Virus record (IMG/VR): IMGVR_UViG_3300046779_000201
Span: 1 to 46,360 of that record
From: a virus
Lineage: Duplodnaviria > Caudoviricetes
Direction: 5' to 3' (one strand)
Length of the DNA stretch: 46,360 nt
Below are positions 1-8,736 of the stretch, in pieces (positions within the stretch are counted from its first letter, which is position 1; every line of letters begins with the position of its first letter). The position numbers and the translations under genes are program-made. Under the pieces are notes generated by a model. It was not told the origin of the DNA, searched no databases, and saw nothing but the letters and a program-made list of their open reading frames with translations.

Positions 1-94
1 ATTAAGAACAAACTATGTAGAAACTAAATACAATAATCATAATAATAATTCTTAATAATTTAAAACTACATAGATAGTAAGGAGAAACACAAAA

Positions 95-499
95 GTGTCC
101 TTAGAAGCTCAAGGTGTTACCCTGTCCCCCTCTAAAAAGAGAGGCAGACCCAGAAAAGCTGATGTCGAATCCAAGAAAAAGCGAGGCGTGGTAGGACGTC
201 CTCCCGGCGAAGCAGCAAGAATTAAAGAATTTTATGCACGACTGCTGTCCACCAGCGGAGAAAAGGTCATAGAGACTGTACTCCGCAAGGCAATGGACGA
301 TACCGACAAGGATCAGGTGGCGTGTTTGAAGATGTGTATTGATAGGTTGTTGCCAATCAGTCACTTTGAAAAAGATAAGGCTGGAAGGAGCAACGCTATT
401 CAAGTACAAATTGTTACCACAGGTACACCTAAGATAGCTACTGAGTCTTTAAACTACGAAGTCATTGACGTAGACTCAGAGGAACAAGAAAATGGCTAA
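95..499 (+). CDS. Putative terminase small subunit
   Basis: Directly upstream of TerL; basic KKRGRPRK N-terminus; AAGGAG SD with GTG start. Confidence 0.7.
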   Translation: MSLEAQGVTLSPSKKRGRPRKADVESKKKRGVVGRPPGEAARIKEFYARLLSTSGEKVIETVLRKAMDDTDKDQVACLKMCIDRLLPISHFEKDKAGRSNAIQVQIVTTGTPKIATESLNYEVIDVDSEEQENG

Positions 500-1754
500 C
501 CTTAGAGTTGAGCTGCACCCTAAGCAAACAGAAGTATTTAATGACGGGCATCGATTTAAAGTAGTAGCCGCTGGAAGACGGTTTGGAAAGTCTAGGCTTG
601 CAGCTTGGACGCTTATTATCGAAGCACTGAAGTCAACAGAAAAGGATGTGTTCTATGTTGCTCCAACTTTTCAGCAAGCTAAAGACATTATGTGGACGGT
701 TCTTAAGGACCTTGGACATGAAGTTATCAAATCTGTTCACGAGAACACGGCGGTAATAACTTTAATAAATGATAGAAAGATTTACCTCAAAGGTTCTGAC
801 CGTCCAGATACAATGCGAGGTGTGGGCTTAGCGTATGTCGTAGTTGACGAGTACGCTGACATGAAGCCCCAAGTGTTTGAGCAGATTCTTAGGCCAGCGT
901 TATCAGACGTAAAGGGTGGAGCACTGTTCATTGGTACACCGAAGGGCAGGAATCACTTCTATGAGTTGTATCAGATGGCCCAGAGGGACGAAGATGAAGA
1001 CTGGGTATCGTTTCACTTTACTTCTTTTGATAACCCTCTACTCGATCCTAAAGAGATTGAGGCTGCAAAGAAGTCAATGTCTTCCTTCAGTTTTAGACAG
1101 GAATACCTTGCTAGTTTCGAGGCCGCACAGTCAGACCTATTTAAGGATGAATGGATTAAGTATGTTGATTCTGATGATACTCCTAATGACGGTGCTTATT
1201 ACATCGCTGTTGATTTGGCTGGCTTTGAAGATGTAAGTAAACAAGCTTCTAATAAAAAGAAAAATCTTGATGAATCAGCAATAGCAGTAGTTAAGGTTTG
1301 TGAAGATGGTTGGTATGTCGATACTATAGTGGCGGGTAGATGGGATATCAAAGAAACAGCAGACAAGATTTTAGAAACAGCAAGAAGTTACGATGTGAGA
1401 TTGGTAGGTATAGAGCGAGGAATGGCAAAGAACGCCGTACTCCCGTACCTACAAGACTTGATGAGAAGGAAGAATTATTTCTTGTCAGTGATAGATCTGA
1501 CTCATGGGAACAAGAAGAAGACGGACCGTATAGTTTGGGCATTACAGGGACGCTTCGAGCATGGAAGGATTAAGTTAGTTAGAGGCGAGTGGAATAAATC
1601 TTTTGTGGACCAGCTTCTAAACTTTCCTAACCCACAAATCCATGATGACTTAATTGATGCCTTAGCCTACATCGATCAGATTGGTATCACAGAGTTTACT
1701 GATATGATGGATGAAGAAGAGTACGAAGCACTAGACCCTATCTCAGGATACTAA
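492..1754 (+). CDS. terL: Terminase large subunit
   Basis: Walker A AGRRFGKS, Walker B VVVDE, GTPKG coupling motif, C-terminal nuclease with AVDLA and HDDLIDALAY. Confidence 0.97.
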   Translation: MANLRVELHPKQTEVFNDGHRFKVVAAGRRFGKSRLAAWTLIIEALKSTEKDVFYVAPTFQQAKDIMWTVLKDLGHEVIKSVHENTAVITLINDRKIYLKGSDRPDTMRGVGLAYVVVDEYADMKPQVFEQILRPALSDVKGGALFIGTPKGRNHFYELYQMAQRDEDEDWVSFHFTSFDNPLLDPKEIEAAKKSMSSFSFRQEYLASFEAAQSDLFKDEWIKYVDSDDTPNDGAYYIAVDLAGFEDVSKQASNKKKNLDESAIAVVKVCEDGWYVDTIVAGRWDIKETADKILETARSYDVRLVGIERGMAKNAVLPYLQDLMRRKNYFLSVIDLTHGNKKKTDRIVWALQGRFEHGRIKLVRGEWNKSFVDQLLNFPNPQIHDDLIDALAYIDQIGITEFTDMMDEEEYEALDPISGY

Positions 1755-1755
1755 C

Positions 1756-2712
1756 ATGGCAATAGCTAGACTATTTGACGGTTTTATTCCAGCAGACCTT
1801 TTAGCAGAAACAGGAAAGTTTCGCAGAGGTCTGTTTGAGTTTGAAGACAAACCAGCAAAACTAACTCGCCCTGAAATTATTGGTGGTGAAAAAGCTTTGA
1901 TGAACTATATGTCCAAAGCCTCCGAAGATGAGATGGAGCTAATGGATTCTAGTATGAAGCTTGCCAAGGACATGGCTAAACGTGGAGCTACCTTTGAGGA
2001 TCAAGTAGCACGAACTGGAATGGGTATTGGACCAGATGAAAAACTAAGGTTTGAGATTCCAGACACAGACGCACGCTTGCGTATGCCTACTGATATGTTT
2101 GAAGAAGGCGAAGTCTATCGAGTTCAGGATGTACTAAGCCATCCAAAACTTTATGAGTTTTACCCAGACCTTGCTAACAAGCAGGTAAGGATTATTAATG
2201 AACCAGATAAACCAATGTCCTTTGGGGCGTATAACTTAGATAGCCAAACCATTGACTTAAATGTAGGTTCAATGCCGTTTATTGATCAAGACCCAGTTGC
2301 TGTTATTTCTGGTTTACTTCACGAGTCTCAGCACTACGCACAACAAATAGAACGATTCTTACAAGGAACAAGTAAGAATAAGTTTCTTAAAAAGTACACA
2401 AACAAATCTTGGGAGCAAGCATCTAAGGTTGACAAAGAAAAAGCTACTAGAGATTATTTAAAGTCTTATGGAGAGGCTGAAGCACGTAACGTACAGCTTC
2501 GCTTTGAAGACCCGTTCTTTGCTCGGACTAGCGGCTCAAAAGATAAAACCAAAGGCAAAGTGTTTCCTGCCACAATGGGACAAGATAGAGATACGATGGC
2601 TGCTTTCAATCGTCCTCTAGGCCCAACAGAATTTATTAGTAACGAAGGCGCACCACTAGATGCACGCCTTGAGTATACCAACCCGTTTCCTAGCACAGTA
2701 GAGGATATGTAA
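1756..2712 (+). CDS. LPD23-like / zincin (HExxH) polyvalent-protein domain protein
   Basis: RTG..GPDEKLRFEIPD, HPKLYEFYPDL, LLHESQH and GEAEARNVQ motifs typical of LPD23/MPTase domains. Confidence 0.7.
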   Translation: MAIARLFDGFIPADLLAETGKFRRGLFEFEDKPAKLTRPEIIGGEKALMNYMSKASEDEMELMDSSMKLAKDMAKRGATFEDQVARTGMGIGPDEKLRFEIPDTDARLRMPTDMFEEGEVYRVQDVLSHPKLYEFYPDLANKQVRIINEPDKPMSFGAYNLDSQTIDLNVGSMPFIDQDPVAVISGLLHESQHYAQQIERFLQGTSKNKFLKKYTNKSWEQASKVDKEKATRDYLKSYGEAEARNVQLRFEDPFFARTSGSKDKTKGKVFPATMGQDRDTMAAFNRPLGPTEFISNEGAPLDARLEYTNPFPSTVEDM

Positions 2713-4703
2713 TGGCTGACTTCCAAGAAGACCCAGTATCTGAATCAGACAAAGAACTTGTCGAGTTTATTATTAGTCATTGTGATCGCTGGCGTGAGTA
2801 CAAAGAAGTAAACTATGAAACCAAGTGGGATGAGTACGAGCGTTTGTACTATGGCATCTGGGCTGATGAGGATAAGACTCGTGAGTCCGAGCGTTCTAAA
2901 ATTGTATCTCCAGCAATTAGACAGGCCGTTGAAAATAAAACCTCAGAGATTATTGAGGCTACCACTGGACGTGGAGAGTTCTTTGAAATTTATGATAATG
3001 CTGGAGACCTTCAAACTTTAGATGTTGAAGACACCAAGAAAAAACTACACGAAGATTTAAAGAAAGACAAGACCCCGCAGGTCTGGGCTGAAGTAGACCG
3101 TAACGCTGAAATCTATGGCGTTGGTTTTGCAGAGATTCAAGTTAAAAATATTATTGATTTAATTCCTACAATGCAGTCTTTGCCTGATGGACAAACTGCT
3201 GCGGTTGGGGTTATTGAACAAGATCGTATTGCTATCACAACTAAGTCTATTCACCCACGTAATATGTTGTGGGACCCTAATGCTGATAGCTTGTACGAAG
3301 GACTAGGCTGTGCGGTTGAAGAGTACACAAGTCTTTTTAAAGTTGTTAAAGGCATTGAAGATGGGATTTACAGAAAAGTTAATATTGGTCCTGAGTATAG
3401 TGATAGTGCTCTTGAGCCAACACAGTTGGATACTCTCTACCAAGAAGACAAAGTACGAATACTACGTTACTACGGGTTAGTACCACGAGAGTATTTAGAG
3501 CAAATTGAAAATGAAGGACAAGAAGTTGCTGATCTGTTCCCAGAGGACAGCGATGCTGATAAGTATTCTGACTTAGTAGAGGCTGTTGTTGTTATTGCAA
3601 ACAACCAATACCTATTAAAAGCAGAAGCTAATCCCTACATGATGAAAGACCGTCCTGTTGTCTCGTATACTCCTGAGACAGTTCCGGGAAGGTTAGTAGG
3701 TATTGGTACAGTTGAAAAGGGCTACAATATGCAAAAAGCTATTGACGCTCAACTCCGTAGTCATCTGGACTCTTTAGCACTGACTACGGCCCCTATGATG
3801 GCAGCTGATGCTACAAGGTTACCTCGTGGTGTAAACTACAAGGTTCAGCCCGGAAAGACCCTACTTACCAACGGTAATCCTAACGAGATTCTGTTTCCGT
3901 TTAAGTTTGGTTCTACAGACGCAAGTAATATTACTACTGCTGCAGCGTTTGAAACCATGTTGTTGCAGGCTACTGGTACGTTAGATAGTCAAGCAATGAC
4001 CCGCTCTGTAGCTTCTGGAGAGGCTGGTGGAGCTTCTATGTCCTTGGCAATGTCTTCTATCATTAAGAAGAATAAGCAGGCTTTGATGAACTTCCAAGAT
4101 GACTTCTTAATTCCTATGATTAAGAAGATTGCTCATCGTTATATGCAGTTTGATCCAGAGCGTTATCCTAGCCGTGACTTTAACTTTACCCCTGCCTCGA
4201 CTCTGGGTATGGTAGCTAGAGAGTACGAGCAACAGCAGTTCATTGGATTACTTCAAACCCTTGGTCCTGACAGCCCTGTCCTGCCTTTGGTCTTAAAAGG
4301 TATCATCAAAGGCTCCAGTCTGTCTAACAAAGAAGAGTTGGCTACAGCTCTTGACCAGATGAGCCAGCCTAACCCACAGCAGCAGCAGATGGCGATGGTT
4401 CAGCAGCAGGGTCAAATACAGCTCCTACAGGCTCAGATTGCTGAGCTTCAAGGCAGGGCACAAGAAAGCCAAGCCAATGCTCAAGAAAGCCTTGCAAGGG
4501 CTAATAAGGCTGTAGTAGAAGCCCAGCTCATGCCTGAAAAGCTCCGGGTTGACGTGGTTCAGGCTGCGGCTAGCAACCTTGATGGATCTATGCAGGGAGA
4601 GTTCGAGCGCCGTGTCAAGGTAGCAGACCTGATTCTTAAGGAGCGGGAGCTAGAGACCAAGGAAAACATCGTAGAAACCCAAATGCAAAGAAAAGTTCAG
4701 TAA
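2712..4703 (+). CDS. Portal protein
   Basis: 663 aa, between TerL and scaffold/capsid genes, Q-rich coiled-coil C-terminal barrel. Confidence 0.9.
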   Translation: MADFQEDPVSESDKELVEFIISHCDRWREYKEVNYETKWDEYERLYYGIWADEDKTRESERSKIVSPAIRQAVENKTSEIIEATTGRGEFFEIYDNAGDLQTLDVEDTKKKLHEDLKKDKTPQVWAEVDRNAEIYGVGFAEIQVKNIIDLIPTMQSLPDGQTAAVGVIEQDRIAITTKSIHPRNMLWDPNADSLYEGLGCAVEEYTSLFKVVKGIEDGIYRKVNIGPEYSDSALEPTQLDTLYQEDKVRILRYYGLVPREYLEQIENEGQEVADLFPEDSDADKYSDLVEAVVVIANNQYLLKAEANPYMMKDRPVVSYTPETVPGRLVGIGTVEKGYNMQKAIDAQLRSHLDSLALTTAPMMAADATRLPRGVNYKVQPGKTLLTNGNPNEILFPFKFGSTDASNITTAAAFETMLLQATGTLDSQAMTRSVASGEAGGASMSLAMSSIIKKNKQALMNFQDDFLIPMIKKIAHRYMQFDPERYPSRDFNFTPASTLGMVAREYEQQQFIGLLQTLGPDSPVLPLVLKGIIKGSSLSNKEELATALDQMSQPNPQQQQMAMVQQQGQIQLLQAQIAELQGRAQESQANAQESLARANKAVVEAQLMPEKLRVDVVQAAASNLDGSMQGEFERRVKVADLILKERELETKENIVETQMQRKVQ

Positions 4704-4707
4704 CCTC

Positions 4708-4736
4708 TTGACTTTTCTATAAATTTATGGTATAAT
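4708..4736 (+). promoter_or_regulatory. sigma70 promoter for head genes
   Basis: TTGACT-17-TATAAT with TG extended -10; conserved in copy 2. Confidence 0.9.
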
Positions 4737-4745
4737 AGATACATA

Positions 4746-4763
4746 TGTTGTAGAAATACAACA
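4746..4763 (+). promoter_or_regulatory. Inverted repeat / 5' hairpin TGTTGTA-GAAA-TACAACA
   Basis: Perfect 7-bp stem with GNRA loop just after the predicted +1; identical in copy 2 (41679-41696). Confidence 0.6.
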
Positions 4764-4784
4764 CAGTCCTAGTGAGGAGAAACT

Positions 4785-5015
4785 GTGGATAAAGAACTCC
4801 AAGCCTACTATGAGGCTAGATTTGACATGATGACTTCTAAAGGCTGGCAGGATTTACTAGAAGACCTGCAAAAAGTAGCCGAAGTCTCAAAAGACATAGA
4901 AAAATGTAACAGCGTAGAAGACTTATACTACGCTAAAGGACAGATGGATATCCTAAACTTTATCTTTCAACTCAAAGAAGCATCTGAAAGTGCTTACGAG
5001 GAGTTATCAGAATGA
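4785..5015 (+). CDS. Small acidic hypothetical protein (head module)
   Basis: AGGAG SD, GTG start, homolog at 41718-41960. Confidence 0.8.
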   Translation: MDKELQAYYEARFDMMTSKGWQDLLEDLQKVAEVSKDIEKCNSVEDLYYAKGQMDILNFIFQLKEASESAYEELSE

Positions 5016-5245
5016 AGCGGATATTTGAATTTAGATGTGCTAAGGATCACCTTAGCGAAAAGTTTGTAGATGATGAGGTTCGTTCTATAGAGTGTCCTCA
5101 TTGTCGCAATGAAGCTTCTCGTATTATCTCGTCACCCCGTATCAGTCTGGAGGGCATCACAGGTGCGTTTCCTTCAGCACATGAAGCGTGGGCTAGAAAG
5201 CACGAAGAAGCAACTAGAGTCGCTTACAAGAAACAGCAGAGCTGA
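5012..5245 (+). CDS. Zinc-ribbon (FmdB-like) small protein
   Basis: FEFRC..DH ... CPHC..EASRIIS pattern; conserved in copy 2. Confidence 0.7.
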   Translation: MKRIFEFRCAKDHLSEKFVDDEVRSIECPHCRNEASRIISSPRISLEGITGAFPSAHEAWARKHEEATRVAYKKQQS

Positions 5246-5297
5246 TTCCAAGTGACATTTTAAATTTCCTAGAATCCATTGTGGACAGGAGGATAAT

Positions 5298-6128
5298 GTG
5301 GCAGCATCTTTTACAGAAACGCAAGAAGAGTTATTTGAAGCAAGTGATATTACTCAGCAAGAAACTCAGCCAGTAGCTGAAGAACCTCAAGCTGAAGTAG
5401 TACAGGAACAATCTACAGAAGAACAACCTGTAGTAGAAAATGTTCCTACCAAGTACAAGGGCAAGAGTCTTGATGAAATTATCAAGATGCACCAAGAGGC
5501 TGAAAAGCTAATTGGTAGACAAGCCCAAGAAGTTGGTGAAGTACGGAAACTTGCTGATGAACTTATCAAGCGACAACTCGACACAAAGCCAAAAGCTGAA
5601 GAGGTAGCCACAAAAGAAGACGAGATCGACTTCTTCGAAGATCCTAAGAAGTATGTAAACAAAGCAGTAGAGCAACACCCAGCAGTTAAAGAAGCTAAAG
5701 AACAAGCTTTTGAGAGTAAGAAGATTCAAGTATTAAATCGTTTACAGTCAGAGTTTCCTGACTTTGAACAGACAGTAACAGACCCTGCTTTTGCAGAATG
5801 GATTAAAGCTTCGCCAGTTCGCACACGGTTATACGCTGCAGCTGACGCAAGCCTTGACTATGATTCAGCAGCAGAGTTGTTAAATACTTGGACCTACGTA
5901 AAACCAAAAGCACCACAGCAGCCTCAGCCTACGCCCGAAGTCAAGGCAGCGCAAAAGGCAGCTGTTAAAGCAGCTACTGTTGATGTTGGTTCTAATGCGG
6001 CAGCACCTACATCTGCTAAGGTTTATCGAAGAGCGGACTTAATCCGACTACAACTGGAAGACCCTGATCGTTATTATCAGCTACAAGATGAAATTATGGC
6101 TGCTTACGCTTCGGGTCGAGTTAAATAA
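5298..6128 (+). CDS. Capsid scaffolding protein
   Basis: Acidic, coiled-coil, PTKYKGKS motif, immediately upstream of the capsid gene. Confidence 0.8.
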   Translation: MAASFTETQEELFEASDITQQETQPVAEEPQAEVVQEQSTEEQPVVENVPTKYKGKSLDEIIKMHQEAEKLIGRQAQEVGEVRKLADELIKRQLDTKPKAEEVATKEDEIDFFEDPKKYVNKAVEQHPAVKEAKEQAFESKKIQVLNRLQSEFPDFEQTVTDPAFAEWIKASPVRTRLYAAADASLDYDSAAELLNTWTYVKPKAPQQPQPTPEVKAAQKAAVKAATVDVGSNAAAPTSAKVYRRADLIRLQLEDPDRYYQLQDEIMAAYASGRVK

Positions 6129-6151
6129 CTTAAATCTAAAGGAAATTCAAA

Positions 6152-7096
6152 ATGGCTCTCGGTACTGATCACGTAACAAAAACAACAGCGGATAAATTTA
6201 TCCCTGAAATTTGGTCTGATGAAATCATCGCTGCTTACAAAAAGAACTTGGTTGCTGCTAACCTGTTCTCTAAAATGTCTTTCAAAGGCAAGAAGGGCGA
6301 TACTCTTCACATTCCTAAACCCACTCGTGGTGACGCTGCAGCTAAGACTGCATCAAGTCAGGTAACTCTGATTGCTGCTACGGAAACTGAAATTCAAGTT
6401 CTTATCAACAAGCACTATGAGTACAGCCGCTTGATTGAAGACATTGTCGAAGTTCAGGCTCTGGCTTCTCTGCGCCGTTTCTACACGGACGATGCTGGTT
6501 ATGCTCTAGCTAAGCGTGTTGACACTGACCTGATTCAATTAGGCCGTGGTGTTAATGGTGCTACCATTGGTACGAATGACTACGCTACTGCTGCTTCTAG
6601 CACGAATGCCTTCATTGGTTCGACTGGCGCAACGGTGTACAACTCCAGCACATCTAATGCAGCTGCTCTTGGCGAGGCAGGTATTCGCCGTTCCATCCAG
6701 CGTCTTGACGATCAAGATGTTCCGATGACGGATCGTTTCCTGATTGTTCCTCCGTCAAGCCGTAACACGTTGATGAGCATCTCTCGCTTTACTGAGCAGG
6801 CTTTCGTAGGTGAGCAGGGTGGTAACAACACAATTCGTAACGGTCAAGTTGGTGACGTGTTTGGTGTTAAAGTATTTGTAAGCACTAACGCTGATACTGC
6901 TGCTGGTGGTTCTGGCACAGACCGTATCTGCTTGTTAGCACACAAAGATGCATTTGTGTTGGCTGAGCAGATGGGTGTTCGCTCACAGACCCAGTACAAA
7001 CAAGAGTATCTTGGTACTCTGTTTACCAGCGATATGCTGTATGGTGTTGGTGAGCTGCGTGACGGTTCTGCCGTTGCTCTTGCAGTTCCTGCCTAA
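6152..7096 (+). CDS. Major capsid protein
   Basis: FIPEIWS N-terminal motif, KGDTLHIP, C-terminal DMLYGV..LR; followed by a terminator; most conserved gene between copies. Confidence 0.92.
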   Translation: MALGTDHVTKTTADKFIPEIWSDEIIAAYKKNLVAANLFSKMSFKGKKGDTLHIPKPTRGDAAAKTASSQVTLIAATETEIQVLINKHYEYSRLIEDIVEVQALASLRRFYTDDAGYALAKRVDTDLIQLGRGVNGATIGTNDYATAASSTNAFIGSTGATVYNSSTSNAAALGEAGIRRSIQRLDDQDVPMTDRFLIVPPSSRNTLMSISRFTEQAFVGEQGGNNTIRNGQVGDVFGVKVFVSTNADTAAGGSGTDRICLLAHKDAFVLAEQMGVRSQTQYKQEYLGTLFTSDMLYGVGELRDGSAVALAVPA

Positions 7097-7116
7097 TAGC
7101 CTATAAGCTAACGGCT

Positions 7117-7147
7117 CTCCCTAGACTCACAAGGTCTAGGGAGTTTT
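7117..7147 (+). terminator. Rho-independent terminator after capsid gene
   Basis: CTCCCTAGAC-TCACAAG-GTCTAGGGAG then TTTT; compensatory changes in copy 2. Confidence 0.8.
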
Positions 7148-7195
7148 ACTAAGTAGATTGTCTCAGTCTGCTGAGTAAAACTAAACGGAGATTAA

Positions 7196-8251
7196 ATGCC
7201 AATCTATCGTGGTCCCGGTGGTTCTGGTGATGCTACCAATGACGCAACCAATCAATCTGTAATAGCCCAAACTGCGGCTACTCAAGCAAGTGCTTCAGCT
7301 TCTGCTGCGTCTACTAGCGCAAGTGCTGCAGCTTCTTCAGCTTCTGCAGCTTCTAGCTCTGCTGCTAATGCTGCGTCTAATGCAACTGACGCACAGACTT
7401 ACGCAAGCAATGCTAACACTTATGCAGGCAATGCCTCATCTTCAGCAAGTGCTGCAGCCTCTAGTGCTGCTGCTGCGTTAGCTAGTGAAACAGCTTCAAT
7501 AAACTTAGCTAATAACTTTTCTGTAACTGCTTCAACATTATCTGCAGGTTCCTCTGCCACTGCTTCCTATAATTCTGGAACTTATGTTTTAAGTTTAGGT
7601 ATTCCTACTGGTGCAACAGGCGCTACTGGTGCAACAGGTGCTACAGGAGCCACTGGCGCAACTGGCGCTACTGGTGCAACAGGCGCAGCAGGAACAGCCG
7701 CTACTATCGCAGTAGGTACTGTCACTACTGGCGCAGCAGGATCAAGTGCAACAGTAAGTAACTCAGGCACAACCAGTGCAGCTGTTTTTGACTTTTCAAT
7801 TCCAGTAGGCGCAACAGGTGCAACAGGTGCTACGGGAAGCACAGGGGCTGCAGGAGCTGCTGCAACTATTGCTGTAGGCACAGTAACTACTGGAGCAGCA
7901 GGTTCTTCAGCAACAGTTACTAATTCAGGTACAAGCTCAGCAGCTATATTTGATTTTAGTATTCCCACTGGTGCTACTGGAGCAACTGGAGCTACTGGGC
8001 CAACTGGTGCTACAGGCGCTACCGGGGCAACTGGAGCAACTGGTGCAGGAGTACCAACTGGTGGAACAACTGGTCAATTCTTAAAGAAAAGTTCAAGCAC
8101 TGATTACGATACAACATGGTATACAATAACTAAAACTGATATTAGTTTAGGTAACGTAGAGAATACTGCATTATCTACTTGGGCAGGCTCTACTAACATT
8201 ACAACTGTAGGTACTATTTCAACTGGTACATTTGCTGGAGGCACGTACTAA
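7196..8251 (+). CDS. Collagen-like fibre protein (putative head fibre)
   Basis: Ala/Ser-rich coiled coil, interrupted (Gly-Ala-Thr)n repeats, C-terminal GGTY. Confidence 0.75.
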   Translation: MPIYRGPGGSGDATNDATNQSVIAQTAATQASASASAASTSASAAASSASAASSSAANAASNATDAQTYASNANTYAGNASSSASAAASSAAAALASETASINLANNFSVTASTLSAGSSATASYNSGTYVLSLGIPTGATGATGATGATGATGATGATGATGAAGTAATIAVGTVTTGAAGSSATVSNSGTTSAAVFDFSIPVGATGATGATGSTGAAGAAATIAVGTVTTGAAGSSATVTNSGTSSAAIFDFSIPTGATGATGATGPTGATGATGATGATGAGVPTGGTTGQFLKKSSSTDYDTTWYTITKTDISLGNVENTALSTWAGSTNITTVGTISTGTFAGGTY

Positions 8252-8736
8252 TGGCTACAATACTTCTTAAACGCTCAAATACTGCTGCGTCTATTCCAGC
8301 ATCTGGAGCATTAACTAACTCTACTGATGGTGCTGAGTTAGCTGTTAACACAGCTGATAAACGTCTTTATGTTAAAGACTCTGGCGGTACTGTAGTAGAA
8401 CTTACTGGTGCTAAGACTGACTCTGCTCAGACTTTTACTATTTCACAGCGTGGTACAGTCACTACGGACAATGACGGTTCATTTGACATGAATGTGACTA
8501 ACAACTTTAAGTGCACTCCAACAGGCAATTTTACCCTTACCTTTACTAATATCACTGCTGGTCAGTCTGGGTTTATCTTGCTAGTCAATGGATCTAACTA
8601 CACAGTATCTGCCCATGCTAACACCAAGGTAGCCACTGGTGCTTTGACTGTACTTAGTGCTACTGGTACTTATTTACTATCTTATTTTAGTGATGGTACT
8701 AATGTCTATGTTGCTAACTCTGGAGCATTAGCGTAA
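8251..8736 (+). CDS. Fibre adaptor protein
   Basis: N-terminal ILLKRS...ELAVNTADKRLY motif of fibre-joining domains; beta-rich C-terminus. Confidence 0.6.
   Translation: MATILLKRSNTAASIPASGALTNSTDGAELAVNTADKRLYVKDSGGTVVELTGAKTDSAQTFTISQRGTVTTDNDGSFDMNVTNNFKCTPTGNFTLTFTNITAGQSGFILLVNGSNYTVSAHANTKVATGALTVLSATGTYLLSYFSDGTNVYVANSGALA

Noticed and set aside
916-1573. Alternate-frame ORFs inside terL present in both copies
   Set aside because: Their conservation follows from the overlying gene; no SD or protein-like features. The same applies to other shadow and antisense ORFs such as 7582-7968 and 24403-24705.
6152-7099. T7 10A/10B-type capsid frameshift
   Set aside because: No slippery sequence near the end; TAA-TAG double stop followed by a terminator.
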